Shown piece after piece: positions 36,757 through 37,033 of a stretch of 37,033 bases of DNA. The stretch spans positions 28,979,643 to 29,016,675 of the forward strand of contig NC_068999.1 of NCBI RefSeq assembly GCF_001194135.2. Reading direction: 5' to 3'. Positions within the stretch are counted from its first letter, which is position 1, and each line of letters opens with the position of its first letter. The translations under genes and the position numbers were made by a program. This stretch comes from Octopus bimaculoides. Its lineage: Eukaryota. Under the pieces are notes generated by a model. That model made no database searches. It worked only from the letters and a program-made list of their open reading frames with translations, and had not been told where the DNA came from.

Positions 36757-37030
36757 TGTAGAAACAACGCAACGCAGAACTCTGAACTATCAACACAACA
36801 ATATTTATTTACAGAGGAAATAGGCAGCACTTCGCCCTTTGGTTGCTGAGACGCCGTCAATGATGTTGAGAGGTTATTTGTCTAGCTCCAGAGTTGGAAT
36901 GTTGGAGACACTGCTTGACATGACCATACTCATGGCCGGCCGGCCGAGAAAGAGAATGAATTGAGCGGGAACGTTTAGATGTTGAATTCCACGCATGCGT
37001 GAGACTACGCATGTGCACGGCGTTACTACA
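36757..37030 (-). mobile_element. Probable LTR (274 bp) of an LTR retrotransposon
   Basis: TG...CA termini with 8/9 inverted match (tgtagaaac / gttactaca); minus-strand AATAAA at 36804-36809 near the 3' end; CpG-rich; following 'acc' could begin a polypurine tract on the minus strand. Confidence 0.6.
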
Positions 37031-37033
37031 ACC

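Overview
AT-rich eukaryotic DNA; the SINE/LINE families look like those of Octopus (inference from recognition, not a database search). Left third: the first two coding exons of cullin-3 on the minus strand (11643-11702, MSGGLRTHKRDTKMRIRAFP; 2986-3183, [12 protein letters not shown]...HLINK), with TE-littered introns and a CpG-retaining promoter region. Upstream (13.1-16.9 kb) is a cluster of decayed non-LTR retrotransposons: two R4/Dong-like pieces around a 5'-truncated RTE element. From 16870 to 34847 lies an ~18 kb single-orientation array of phased, heavily substituted CCCTAA (TTAGGG) hexamers with higher-order structure, a 69-N gap and an intact SINE. It passes into an ~165-215 bp AT-rich satellite that joins telomere-like tracts at the same base three times, then a 48-bp near-perfect palindrome and a probable LTR. 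The best candidate for an undescribed system is this satellite + telomere-like tract + terminal palindrome module. The long NP/TL/VR/GL ORFs are by-products of the hexamer and are not called as genes.
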